Source: Candidatus Woesearchaeota archaeon (GTDB lineage: Archaea > Nanobdellota > Nanobdellia > Woesearchaeales > GW2011-AR4). Taken from it: 64,000 nt of DNA. Location of the stretch: assembly GCA_016185945.1 (NCBI GenBank), contig JACPMR010000011.1:633-64632 (forward strand). Reading direction: 5' to 3'. The translations under genes and the position numbers were made by a program. The first letter of the stretch is position 1. Every line of letters starts with the position of its first letter. Shown here piece after piece: positions 56,303-64,000 of this stretch. The notes below the pieces were generated by a model. It searched no databases, was not told the DNA's origin, and saw only the letters and a program-made list of their open reading frames with translations.

Positions 56303-56539
56303 TTAATCTGTAATTTCAATGATTTCCGGCTCAATCCATTCTTCCCTGAAGCGCTCGTTTTCCTCCAATTTCTTTAATCTTGGATTGTAAATCTGCTTCA
56401 TGAATTTGTTTAGGGTTGCCTGTCCTTCTTTATCCATCGGCTGCCTGTACCTCGGCTTTGAAAAAGTGTTAATCATTATAGGCAGCGCTTTTCTTTTCTT
56501 CTCCTCATAGAGTTCTTTAAAAGTTTTCACTACACCCAC
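56303..56539 (-). CDS. Hypothetical basic small protein.
   Basis: ORF only. Confidence 0.25.
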   Translation of the reverse strand: MGVVKTFKELYEEKKRKALPIMINTFSKPRYRQPMDKEGQATLNKFMKQIYNPRLKKLEENERFREEWIEPEIIEITD

Positions 56540-56654
56540 CCCTAGTTGCTATATAAGTAAAAGAGGTATATATAATTTTTGCATATGATATATATAGGTA
56601 TATAGGACTCAAGATAATAAATAACTTAACAGAATTAAATCTTAAATTTTTTTC

Positions 56655-56790
56655 AAAAACTAACAGGCGACCCAAGCACTGCTCGCTAGAATGGGTGCCC
56701 CGCAGTGCTTCTGGCGCTATAAACCATGACTTAAAGTGCCACTGCAAAAGCAGGTTTCCTCTATCATGCTTATATTCAGAGGAAGCTCTT
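56655..56790 (+). repeat. Copy of the GCGACCCA...GGGTGCCCCGCAG...AAAGCAGGTTTCCT element.
   Basis: Near-identical segments to 30066..30140. Internal complementarity between gcgacccaagcactg and cagtgcttctggcgc. Confidence 0.45.
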
Positions 56791-56855
56791 GTTATTGTTT
56801 GAATTTTGATTTATTGTTTCTTGAATTTAATTTTATTCTAATAAAAGATATAGAA

Positions 56856-58385
56856 TCATCCCAACTCACTAAACTCCATAACCACTTCTTCCTTTCCCTT
56901 TAATGTCTTTTTAACTACATCCTCAAAATAAGGAATGCTTATCGGAGTCACAAACCTTGCAAAATTGCTTGTTATGATTGCTTCTCCTATGTCAAGTGAT
57001 GCAATTGTCCTGTCGTCATCGCTTAAGTCCTGTGAGGCGCTCTCAATTATTGCCTGCCTTTCAGGCTTCATCTCAATTCCCAAAATTATTTTTGTGTTCA
57101 TATTTGCCAGTATTTCGCGAGGAATCAATGAAGGCAGTTGTGTTATTGCAGTCAATCCAACTTTGAACTTTCTTCCTTCCCTTGCAATCGTGGCAAATAT
57201 ATTTGGCCCTGCCTCAAGCACTTCTTTTCCTAAAACTCTTGGCGCTTCTTCAAGCACGATTGAAACAACCGGCTTTGAGTTAAGTAACCCATTCATTTTA
57301 TAATACTTATACTTGTTAAAAATCTCGTTTGCGATTAAGCTTCCAATCAATAATTCAACTGCGCCGGAAAAATTTGATGTGTCAACAATAACAATTCTTC
57401 CCTCCTCAAGATGTTTGCAAATATCACTAATTGTTGTAAACCCAGAATTAAGCTGAAATACTCCGTTGCAAAATAACTGATTGTTTGCAAACTCCAAGTC
57501 AAGAAGATAAAGCAGTCTTCTCCTCACAACAATCAATGTCTCTGCCCGAAAAGCACTTTCAATGCTTAATGGCTTCTCTAAAATTATCGCTTCTATCCAC
57601 TTATCGCCAAATTCCTTGTAGTACAGGCTCATCGCCTGCTTCTGCGCATCGCTGAAATCAACTACACCATCAAAATGATGTGGCTTTATGACGTCAAGAT
57701 TTATTCTTAGAGTGTTTGTCCCTATCGGTGCATTTTTTGACGTGTAATAAACAATGTTTTCCTTGATTGGATGCTCCTTTAATCCAATTTTGTTCCTTCC
57801 ATAATACTCATCATGCGGGTCCAAAACAAGAATGCCAAAATTCCTTCCAAAAGAGTTCCAAAGCAAATTAGAGACAAGCACGCTTTTGCCCCTTCCTGTT
57901 GTTCCGGCAATCAAAATATGGTGGGAAAAAACCTTTTCCCCGTCAAGATAAATCGGTACATCAAGCACTTTTGAGCCGCTTCTCAAGTTGCCAACAAACA
58001 AAGCATTTTTTGGCTTTGTTAAAAATGATAAATCATCCTCTTTTATCTCCCTTACTTCAGAAAACACATTCGGCAATGATTTGCTGACAATCGCATTCCT
58101 GTCTCTGATTGTAACTAATGACTTCATCATTGCAAGCATATAATTTCTCAAGTTCGCATCAAAAAGCTCAAAATCAGTTCCTTCCTCAAGCTTCATTCCC
58201 GAAATCATCTCAAGGTTCTGCTGGGATATTTGGCTTCCATAGATTAAGTCATAAACCTGCAGCAGGATTTTTCCATTTGGCGAGTCAGCAACAAGCAATT
58301 CTCCAATCTCAATCTCTGCTTCTGATTTCTGCCTTGCAATAATCTTGCCAAACTCCCCAGAAATAACCTGTCCCTTAATCAACAC
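56856..58385 (-). CDS. herA: HerA-type ATPase (FtsK/HerA superfamily, DUF87).
   Basis: Walker [14 protein letters not shown], an N-terminal HAS-barrel-like region and a C-terminal helical domain. Confidence 0.75.
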   Translation of the reverse strand: MLIKGQVISGEFGKIIARQKSEAEIEIGELLVADSPNGKILLQVYDLIYGSQISQQNLEMISGMKLEEGTDFELFDANLRNYMLAMMKSLVTIRDRNAIVSKSLPNVFSEVREIKEDDLSFLTKPKNALFVGNLRSGSKVLDVPIYLDGEKVFSHHILIAGTTGRGKSVLVSNLLWNSFGRNFGILVLDPHDEYYGRNKIGLKEHPIKENIVYYTSKNAPIGTNTLRINLDVIKPHHFDGVVDFSDAQKQAMSLYYKEFGDKWIEAIILEKPLSIESAFRAETLIVVRRRLLYLLDLEFANNQLFCNGVFQLNSGFTTISDICKHLEEGRIVIVDTSNFSGAVELLIGSLIANEIFNKYKYYKMNGLLNSKPVVSIVLEEAPRVLGKEVLEAGPNIFATIAREGRKFKVGLTAITQLPSLIPREILANMNTKIILGIEMKPERQAIIESASQDLSDDDRTIASLDIGEAIITSNFARFVTPISIPYFEDVVKKTLKGKEEVVMEFSELG

Positions 58386-58568
58386 ATACCACCCAAAAGT
58401 AAAGAATCAAGTTTTGTATATAAAAGTTGCTGTTAAAAAAATATTTTTGAGTTTTTTGAATTTAAATTTTGATTAATGTTTATGCCCCAATGTCAAAAGC
58501 AAACAGTCAGAAATGTAAGAGCTAAAGGAAAACTTGAAAGAAAACATATTAATATAAAAATCGAATAA

Positions 58569-58710
58569 TTCAATCCGCTCGCTGTTGCATGCGAGGAAAG
58601 CTCTGTTGCTTGTGAGCGTGCTCACAAGCTCGCACGCATGTCGCATGCTCGCTTTCCATGTCGCTCGCAAATTTTACCCTCGCAAGGCATTAACCTTGCT
58701 CACTATATAT
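58569..58710. repeat. GC-rich repeat with the TTCAATCCGC terminus and GCATGCGAGG/CTCGCAAGC palindromic blocks.
   Basis: Shares the gcattaacc and ctcgc/gcgag modules with 40336.. and 61241.. Confidence 0.5.
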
Positions 58711-58718
58711 TATAAAAA

Positions 58719-59819
58719 TCACTCACCTTTAGGCGGCATTAATGACTTTTTTCTTGCAAACCAATAAACAAAAATTACTGAAATTAAAGTTGTGCCGAGC
58801 ATGATTAGTAATTGAGTACGCCATTCAACATGCTCCCCAACTGGTGTACCAAAAATAGTAGCTATTGTATTTGGCACTATAAATGCAGTACCAATCACAG
58901 CCATCCAGACTGCCAAAAGTGACATCCTGTTATTTAATATTGTTAACTGGTTATTGTAAATGCTCTGCAGAACCTCTAATCCAGAAGCTAATACAGTTGA
59001 CATCTGCTCGCTTATTGAAATTTGTCTTGTCAAGTCAGTTGTGAGCATGCTTATCTTTTGAAGAATTATGGGATCGTCTGTTATTATCTCAGCATCTCCA
59101 TATCTTAAATAATGTACAACATCAAGAGTTGCCCATAATGCCTCAAGGTAAGAAATCAAAGCATGCTTCATCTTGTAAATGTCGCTTCCAAGCTCCTGCC
59201 TTGGCGCAGATGGCTGAATAAGATATTTGCTTATCTCTTCGCCCTGCTCCTGTATGGAGCGTATGCCGTCAAAGTTTCTTTCATTGTTTTCATCTAAAAT
59301 CCTGATTAGAACCAAAGAAATCTTGTCAACGTCCTCAAGATTCTTTGGCACTTTTTTGAAGAAAGTGACAGCATATCTTGCAAACTTCACGATTCTTGTG
59401 ACATGCTCGCCGTGGATAGTCACAATCAAGTTGGTTTTCATCAAAATTATAAGCTTGTTTATTTCGACTTCAAGCTCACTTACCCTGACTGCAGGCAGCA
59501 GCAAGCCAAGCTCTGTTGTGTGGTCTTCATAGCCGGAAAATCTTTGCTTGACAAGTTCATCTATTATCATAGGATTAAAACCAAGCATTGAAGCTACTTC
59601 TCTTCCATCTTTTTCCAAGTCACCAACCTGTACGTTAACCCAAGCAAAATCAGAGTCCTTGATTGTCTGTAGAAATTCTTTGACTTCGCCCTCAAGCTTT
59701 ACTGTGCTGCCGTTCTTCAGCATTGCAACGCAGAAAGTTGGGCTTTGGTTATTGGCAGTTTTTGTCAATGTGACTTCTAGTTTTGCTTCTGCCTCTGCTT
59801 CATGCTCATGCTTTTTCAT
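58719..59819 (-). CDS. CorA-like divalent-cation transporter family protein; canonical GMN motif replaced by GTP.
   Basis: N-terminal CorA-type cytoplasmic domain (AWVNV...EVASMLGF) plus two C-terminal TM helices. Start trimmed to an internal Met to remove overlap with the upstream gene. Confidence 0.55.
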   Translation of the reverse strand: MKKHEHEAEAEAKLEVTLTKTANNQSPTFCVAMLKNGSTVKLEGEVKEFLQTIKDSDFAWVNVQVGDLEKDGREVASMLGFNPMIIDELVKQRFSGYEDHTTELGLLLPAVRVSELEVEINKLIILMKTNLIVTIHGEHVTRIVKFARYAVTFFKKVPKNLEDVDKISLVLIRILDENNERNFDGIRSIQEQGEEISKYLIQPSAPRQELGSDIYKMKHALISYLEALWATLDVVHYLRYGDAEIITDDPIILQKISMLTTDLTRQISISEQMSTVLASGLEVLQSIYNNQLTILNNRMSLLAVWMAVIGTAFIVPNTIATIFGTPVGEHVEWRTQLLIMLGTTLISVIFVYWFARKKSLMPPKGE

Positions 59820-60505
59820 TTTGTCTCTATTCTCAGTATCTGCTCTATTTCTTCCCTTGACACCGCGCACCCGTTTAGTTTTACTCCCCATAAGACGCTT
59901 TCCAGCAGGTTTTTCCTTGCATCGGGTATTTTTGTAACATAGCTGTCCAAAAATCCATGCTCGTATGCAATTGCAGCCAACTCGACAGAGCGTATCGCCC
60001 TTATCCCATCCACAGCATTTCTAAACTCTTTTAAATTACTTTCGTTTACATTTATCGGAGTATGCAATGTTTTTTTAAGAATTTCAAGGATTATCCTGGG
60101 ATTTTCAACCAAAAGCCGTGTTGTTTTTTCGTCAATGACAATTGCATCAGAGCCAAGTTCCAGCGCAGCTGCTATCACGGACATTTCGGCGTAATGGACA
60201 ATCTTCATGTAATTTCCAAATGCCTTGAATATTTCATTCGCCGTACTTAACAACATTGGCGTTTTCTGTCTTATCGAGATGTTGTCCACAACTTCCAATA
60301 TTCCCCTTTCTATCAGTGTCTCGACTTGTATAGCCTCAAACTTGAATTTTCTTGTTTCAAGAGGCCTGTCAACCAATTCCCGCCTTACAGCATCAGTAAT
60401 ATAAAACTCTCCATCAAATTTTTTCTTCAGTGGCTCAAGAATCCAAAGCAGGTTGTTTGTTGCCAGGCTTATTATCGGTCCTGCATCAAATATTAATGAT
60501 TTCAT
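59816..60505 (-). CDS. PIN-domain-like predicted nuclease.
   Basis: N-terminal MKSLIFDAGPIISLA acidic beta-strand and downstream conserved Asp/Glu positions. Confidence 0.4.
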   Translation of the reverse strand: MKSLIFDAGPIISLATNNLLWILEPLKKKFDGEFYITDAVRRELVDRPLETRKFKFEAIQVETLIERGILEVVDNISIRQKTPMLLSTANEIFKAFGNYMKIVHYAEMSVIAAALELGSDAIVIDEKTTRLLVENPRIILEILKKTLHTPINVNESNLKEFRNAVDGIRAIRSVELAAIAYEHGFLDSYVTKIPDARKNLLESVLWGVKLNGCAVSREEIEQILRIETK

Positions 60506-61104
60506 GAAAATAATCCTCTCGTGAATTTTAACCTGCTTGTAACATTAACCGGCTCGCTGAACTGGTCTATTATGGTTGTTTTGCCGAGGTAATGCATAAG
60601 CTCCCATTGCGAAATGCCTAAAACTTCTGCTGCCCTTGCAACGGAAATGCCGTGCTCGCAGAGCTTTGAGCCCTTTTTTATCTGGGCCTGATTTATGACC
60701 TCATGGATATATAATTTTAATTTTTCATCCATTGTCCGTATGAAATTAAATATGTTTTTTATTGATTTTCTGAATTGTTCGTCTTCATTATTATTTAAAC
60801 TTGAAATGCAAGAATTTAGCATGTCCAAGACTTTTCCATAATCCAAATCTTTCTGTTTTCTGTCTATTATTTTTGACAAAGCATAAATAAGAATAGCCAC
60901 AGAAATGGAGTCTTCGTCCTGAAAAACGCTTGCATTATGAATTACATGATTGCTTAGTTTCTTTACTTCAACAACATCAGTTTCTTCCTTTACTTTCAGG
61001 ATTTCAACAAGCTCGTTCAAGACAGCCAATATGTCTCTTTTGATTATGTCATGCATCGGAGAAATTCTTGAAATATTGTTTATATAAAGCTTTCTATAAA
61101 ACAA
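60502..61104 (-). CDS. Hypothetical protein with a C-terminal HTH; overlaps the PIN-like gene by 4 nt (possible antitoxin or regulator partner).
   Basis: GISVARAAEVLGISQWELMHYLGKT helix-turn-helix. Confidence 0.35.
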   Translation of the reverse strand: MFYRKLYINNISRISPMHDIIKRDILAVLNELVEILKVKEETDVVEVKKLSNHVIHNASVFQDEDSISVAILIYALSKIIDRKQKDLDYGKVLDMLNSCISSLNNNEDEQFRKSIKNIFNFIRTMDEKLKLYIHEVINQAQIKKGSKLCEHGISVARAAEVLGISQWELMHYLGKTTIIDQFSEPVNVTSRLKFTRGLFS

Positions 61105-61240
61105 TTTATTTTTTTGTTTGCTGTCTGGAAATTATATTATTGAAATGGCTTATTGTCAAAGCCAAGAAGCACTAAGAGGATTATAGTAAAGGCAACAAAT
61201 AATTGAGCATAAATTATTGCCTTTACTTGTCAAAAATCAG

Positions 61241-61476
61241 TCGAATGGTGAGCGAGGCGAACCTCGCATGTCACTGATTTTTGTCCAGTGACATGCGAGA
61301 GCTCGCTGTTGCTTGCGAGAACGCTCGCAAGCTCGCGTTCATATCTCGCTCGCTCAACTCTATAAGCATGAAATGCATTCTATAAACTAAAATTCAATCC
61401 GCTCGCTACGCTCGCATAAAATAGTGCTCGGCAAAAATTCTTCTGTCATTGAATTTTGCCTCGACTGTTTATTGAA
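61241..61476. repeat. Two adjacent GC-rich repeat units: a nested palindrome (61241..61370) and a TTCAATCCGC...CGGCAAAAA unit (61393..61476).
   Basis: tcagtgacatgcgag/ctcgcatgtcactga inverted repeats. Second unit nearly identical to 36381..36462. Confidence 0.55.
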
Positions 61477-61484
61477 TTATTTAA

Positions 61485-62363
61485 TTAAATTGAAATCCCT
61501 AAAAGCTTCATCACATTCTTCTTTACTTCTTCCTTTCCCTGAATTAATAATTTTCCGTTCTTGTAAAGAACCACGGTGCATGGGCCTTTCATGACTGCCA
61601 GTTCGTGCTCTGACTTTGGAGTTTCAAAGTGAAAGCCGAATTCTTCCAGTTTCTTCAAATCTTCTAGAGTATGGCTTTTGTGCTTTTGCTCTTCTTTTAG
61701 GAATTGCGTGAAATCGCCCAGGCTTTTCTGGAATTTCTGGTTAAGCAAGTCCTTGTACGGAAACCAGCTTTTTCTGAACAAGTCAGGATAATTTTCAAAA
61801 TTATTTTTCAGGAACTCAACTGTCTTTGGGTCCGTCATGTAGCCCGAGCCGAAGTCAATGCCGATTTGTTTTTTCAATTTTTCAATCTCATTGTCTCTTG
61901 TGACTTTTGCAAGGATTGAAGCAGCAGAAACAACTGGATAATTTACATCTGCCTTATGCTCGAGAATCAGCTCAATATCTTTGTTGTTTACAAATTTTGA
62001 TAAATATTTTTTATAGCTTTTTATGTTGTTGCTTGGTGTATCTATGATTGCTTTGTTCGGATTTAGTTCATTTAGGATTTCTGCAGATTTTCTTGCTTCA
62101 AGCTTGTTCAGATTCAAGCCATCGTGGTAATGCACAGCCCTGTCAATCTCCTGGGGATTTATAACAATAATCTTATGCCTTTTAGAAACATCCTTGATTT
62201 TGTCAAATAAAAATTCTCTTTGTTTTCTTGTTAATAGCTTAGAGTCTTTAACTTTCAATCTAACTAATTCCTTTTCATCCTCTTCCTTGATTAATAAACC
62301 GCACATCACTAGAGGACCGATGACTGGACCACGACCCGCTTCATCAATGCCGCAAATTAACAT
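61485..62363 (-). CDS. rnhB: Ribonuclease HII with a C-terminal extension.
   Basis: ICGIDEAGRGPVIGPLV catalytic N-terminus. Confidence 0.85.
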   Translation of the reverse strand: MLICGIDEAGRGPVIGPLVMCGLLIKEEDEKELVRLKVKDSKLLTRKQREFLFDKIKDVSKRHKIIVINPQEIDRAVHYHDGLNLNKLEARKSAEILNELNPNKAIIDTPSNNIKSYKKYLSKFVNNKDIELILEHKADVNYPVVSAASILAKVTRDNEIEKLKKQIGIDFGSGYMTDPKTVEFLKNNFENYPDLFRKSWFPYKDLLNQKFQKSLGDFTQFLKEEQKHKSHTLEDLKKLEEFGFHFETPKSEHELAVMKGPCTVVLYKNGKLLIQGKEEVKKNVMKLLGISI

Positions 62364-62523
62364 TAAAACACCTTTTTACTGGAAAAGAATTAGTGTTGAT
62401 TTATAAAAATGTTGTGGAAGAATGAATAGCGGGTTTATCTAACCTTTTAAACATACAATACTTAATTTTAATCAAATTCCTTTTATTTTTAAACCACCTT
62501 AAACATTGTCTTAATTACCAAAT

Positions 62524-62600
62524 TATGATTTTTGGTTCTCCAATATATAGTTTGTTGTAGCAATGGACACTGGACATTTCTGTGTGAAATATTTAAACCA
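62524..62600 (+). promoter_or_regulatory. Copy B of the duplicated intergenic element (ATGATTTTT...TGGACACTGGACATTTCTGTGTGAAATATTTAAACC).
   Basis: Aligns with 55501..55565. TATA-like box about 50 nt upstream of the LAGLIDADG ORF. Confidence 0.4.
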
Positions 62601-62646
62601 GAAAATCATTTACATAGTTTCAACCCATAAATCTCGGTGATTTAAA

Positions 62647-63248
62647 ATGGAATTTAATTTAGATTCATTAAGTAATGAAAGGTTAGAGATATTGACTAGA
62701 ATACACGCCCATTTATGTGGAGATGGTAATTTGTGCTTCTATAAAACTTCTGAGAAAGACAGGATAAATAGGGCTTCTATATCTTATTTTAATACAAACA
62801 TAGATTTAATTAATTCTTTTAGAACAGATATGAATAATTTATTTGGGGTAAAAATGACATATATTCCTAAGCTAACAAGAGTATCAGTTCAAAGTTTAAG
62901 AATTGCAAGAGTATTATCTAAATTAGGAGAGTATGGGGCAAGAGACTGGAGAATACCTAGAATAATAAAAATGCTAATAGAAATATTAGATTAGAGTGGA
63001 TTAAGGCTTTTTGTTATGATGAAGGATACACTCCTAAAGGTAGGTCAATTATTAGAATAAAATCAATGAATATTAATGGTTTAAAAGATGTCAAAGGTCT
63101 TCTGCATTCTATTGAAATTGATTCATGGATTACAGGTATAAATTGTGATGATTCAGGGTATTTAAACATTAGAAAAATGAGAGAGTTAGAAGATTTCTAT
63201 AAGAAACCATCAAGAAAAAAGATAATAGCGGGAGGAAGACTTCCCTGA
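62647..63248 (+). pseudogene. Double-motif LAGLIDADG homing endonuclease, disrupted by a -1 frameshift near 62990.
   Basis: Motif 1 RIHAHLCGDGNL in frame A (62647..62994). Motif 2 WIKAFCYDEGY in the next frame, open from 62961 to 63248. Confidence 0.5.
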
Positions 63249-63380
63249 GCATTGCTCATTTTGAACTTCCGACCTTTCTCCCTAGCTTTTGGCTAGTATG
63301 GGTGTCTAGAGCTGATAGGCTATATGAGCCCATCGGGCAAACAGGCACTATTAAGTGTCTCCTGGCTGCCCTATCCCGCT
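63226..63380 (-). tRNA. Initiator-type tRNA-Met(CAT) (A1:U72), apparently carrying four introns: D-arm (about 19 nt), anticodon loop 37/38 (about 19 nt), 43/44 (about 22 nt) and T-loop (about 20 nt).
   Basis: Minus strand reads AGCGGGA-TA-GGGC-AGCCAGGAGA[..]GCCC-G-ATGGG-CTCATA[..]A-CCCAT-[..]AGGTC-GGAAG-TTCAAA[..]T-CTTCC-TCCCGCT-A. 155 nt total = about 75 mature + 80 intronic. Each intron has its own hairpin. Confidence 0.6.
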
Positions 63381-63433
63381 ATAGTAACTGAGAATAAAAC
63401 GCGCTTTATAAACGTTGCTGAAAAATATGCAAA

Positions 63434-64000
63434 TTAGTATTCCAGCTTTTCAAGAATTTCTTCTCTTGTTAATTGCCTGAATTCCCCGGCTTTTAAATCT
63501 CCAAGCTGCAAGCCGCCGATTGAAACTCTTTTTAAATAAACTACTTTGTTGCCGATTGCCTCAAACATCTTCCTTATCTGCCTCTTCCTGCCTTCTGATA
63601 TTGTTATGTAGGATTCTTTTTCTCCGGCAATTTTGATTTTGCATGGCTTTGTTGTGTATGTCTCGCCATCAATTTCTATCTTTACACCTTTTTCCAATGA
63701 TTTTATCCTGCTTTTGTCAGCAGGCTTTTCAAGAATTGCATAATATTTCTTTCCAATTTCATTCTCAGGCTGCAGTATTTTGTCAGGCAGCCTGCCATCA
63801 TTTGTCAAAATCATCAAGCCTTCTGTATCCTTGTCCAATCTTCCTACCGCAAACAATGATTTAATTGATTCTTTTGACAGATTAAGTTTTTCCAGCAAAT
63901 CATAAATTGATTTTTCATTGCCAGATTTTTGGGACAAATAACCTGCTGGCTTGTTCATTAAGAAGTAAAGTTTTGTAATTGGCTTAATTTTTTCATTTTC
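63434..64000 (-). CDS. RsuA/RluB-family pseudouridine synthase, 5' partial (N-terminus lies beyond the window end).
   Basis: LMNKPAGYLSQ catalytic-domain start. The frame stays open upstream to position 64000. Confidence 0.75.
   Translation of the reverse strand, partial: ENEKIKPITKLYFLMNKPAGYLSQKSGNEKSIYDLLEKLNLSKESIKSLFAVGRLDKDTEGLMILTNDGRLPDKILQPENEIGKKYYAILEKPADKSRIKSLEKGVKIEIDGETYTTKPCKIKIAGEKESYITISEGRKRQIRKMFEAIGNKVVYLKRVSIGGLQLGDLKAGEFRQLTREEILEKLEY

Noticed and set aside
58719-59891. Full-length ORF-track extent of the CorA-like gene.
   Set aside because: Its first 24 codons overlap the upstream PIN-like gene by 76 nt. An internal Met (MKKHEHEAE...) gives a non-overlapping start and is used instead.
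63066-63248. Stand-alone 60-aa ORF.
   Set aside because: It is the shifted-frame C-terminal half (second LAGLIDADG motif) of the homing endonuclease that begins at 62647. Its last codons overlap the tRNA-Met 3' end.

Overview
AT-rich (roughly one-third GC) 64-kb window with dense, operon-like gene packing. I read it as archaeal, most consistent with a small-genome DPANN-type lineage. Evidence for that: tRNA genes broken by multiple bulge-helix-bulge (BHB)-type introns at non-canonical positions; an initiator-type tRNA-Met with an A1:U72 pair; RtcB with archease; HerA and Mre11; an archaeal-type split MetE; an SSB with an acidic tail; a FlaI/FlaJ-like pilus ATPase and platform. The window also carries bacterial-type genes (long GAD-type AspRS, GatCAB). 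Recognisable content, in order: FTR1 iron permease; an Lrp plus split-metE plus metF-like methionine cluster; metG carrying an in-frame TGA; a complete glycine-cleavage and lipoylation operon (gcvT-gcvH-gcvPA-gcvPB-lipA-lplA-lpd); a class IV aminotransferase, archease, ZIP transporter and rtcB carrying two in-frame stop-containing micro-insertions; an SPFH protein, TrmO, SSB and a GNAT; a 3-intron tRNA-Phe; a type IV pilus-like ATPase and platform locus with three tandem paralogous membrane proteins; translin; an AspRS-YbaK fusion; LemA/TPM; Ham1; a large Cys-rich lipoprotein; gatC-(membrane)-gatA-(membrane)-gatB; VapBC; mre11; an intron-containing tRNA-Leu; herA; a CorA-like transporter; rnhB; a frameshifted LAGLIDADG endonuclease; an intron-rich initiator tRNA-Met; and a partial RsuA-type pseudouridine synthase. 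The intergenic regions hold an unusually dense family of GC-rich, palindromic, terminal-inverted-repeat-bounded (MITE-like) repeats. The most interesting theme is RNA splicing. tRNAs carry 1 to 4 introns each, and the tRNA ligase gene rtcB itself carries two small in-frame insertions, each introducing a stop codon; these could be mRNA micro-introns or the gene could be a pseudogene. metG is interrupted by a TGA aligned to a conserved Gly. All coordinates are from manual reading; intron junctions are approximate to within about 3 nt.
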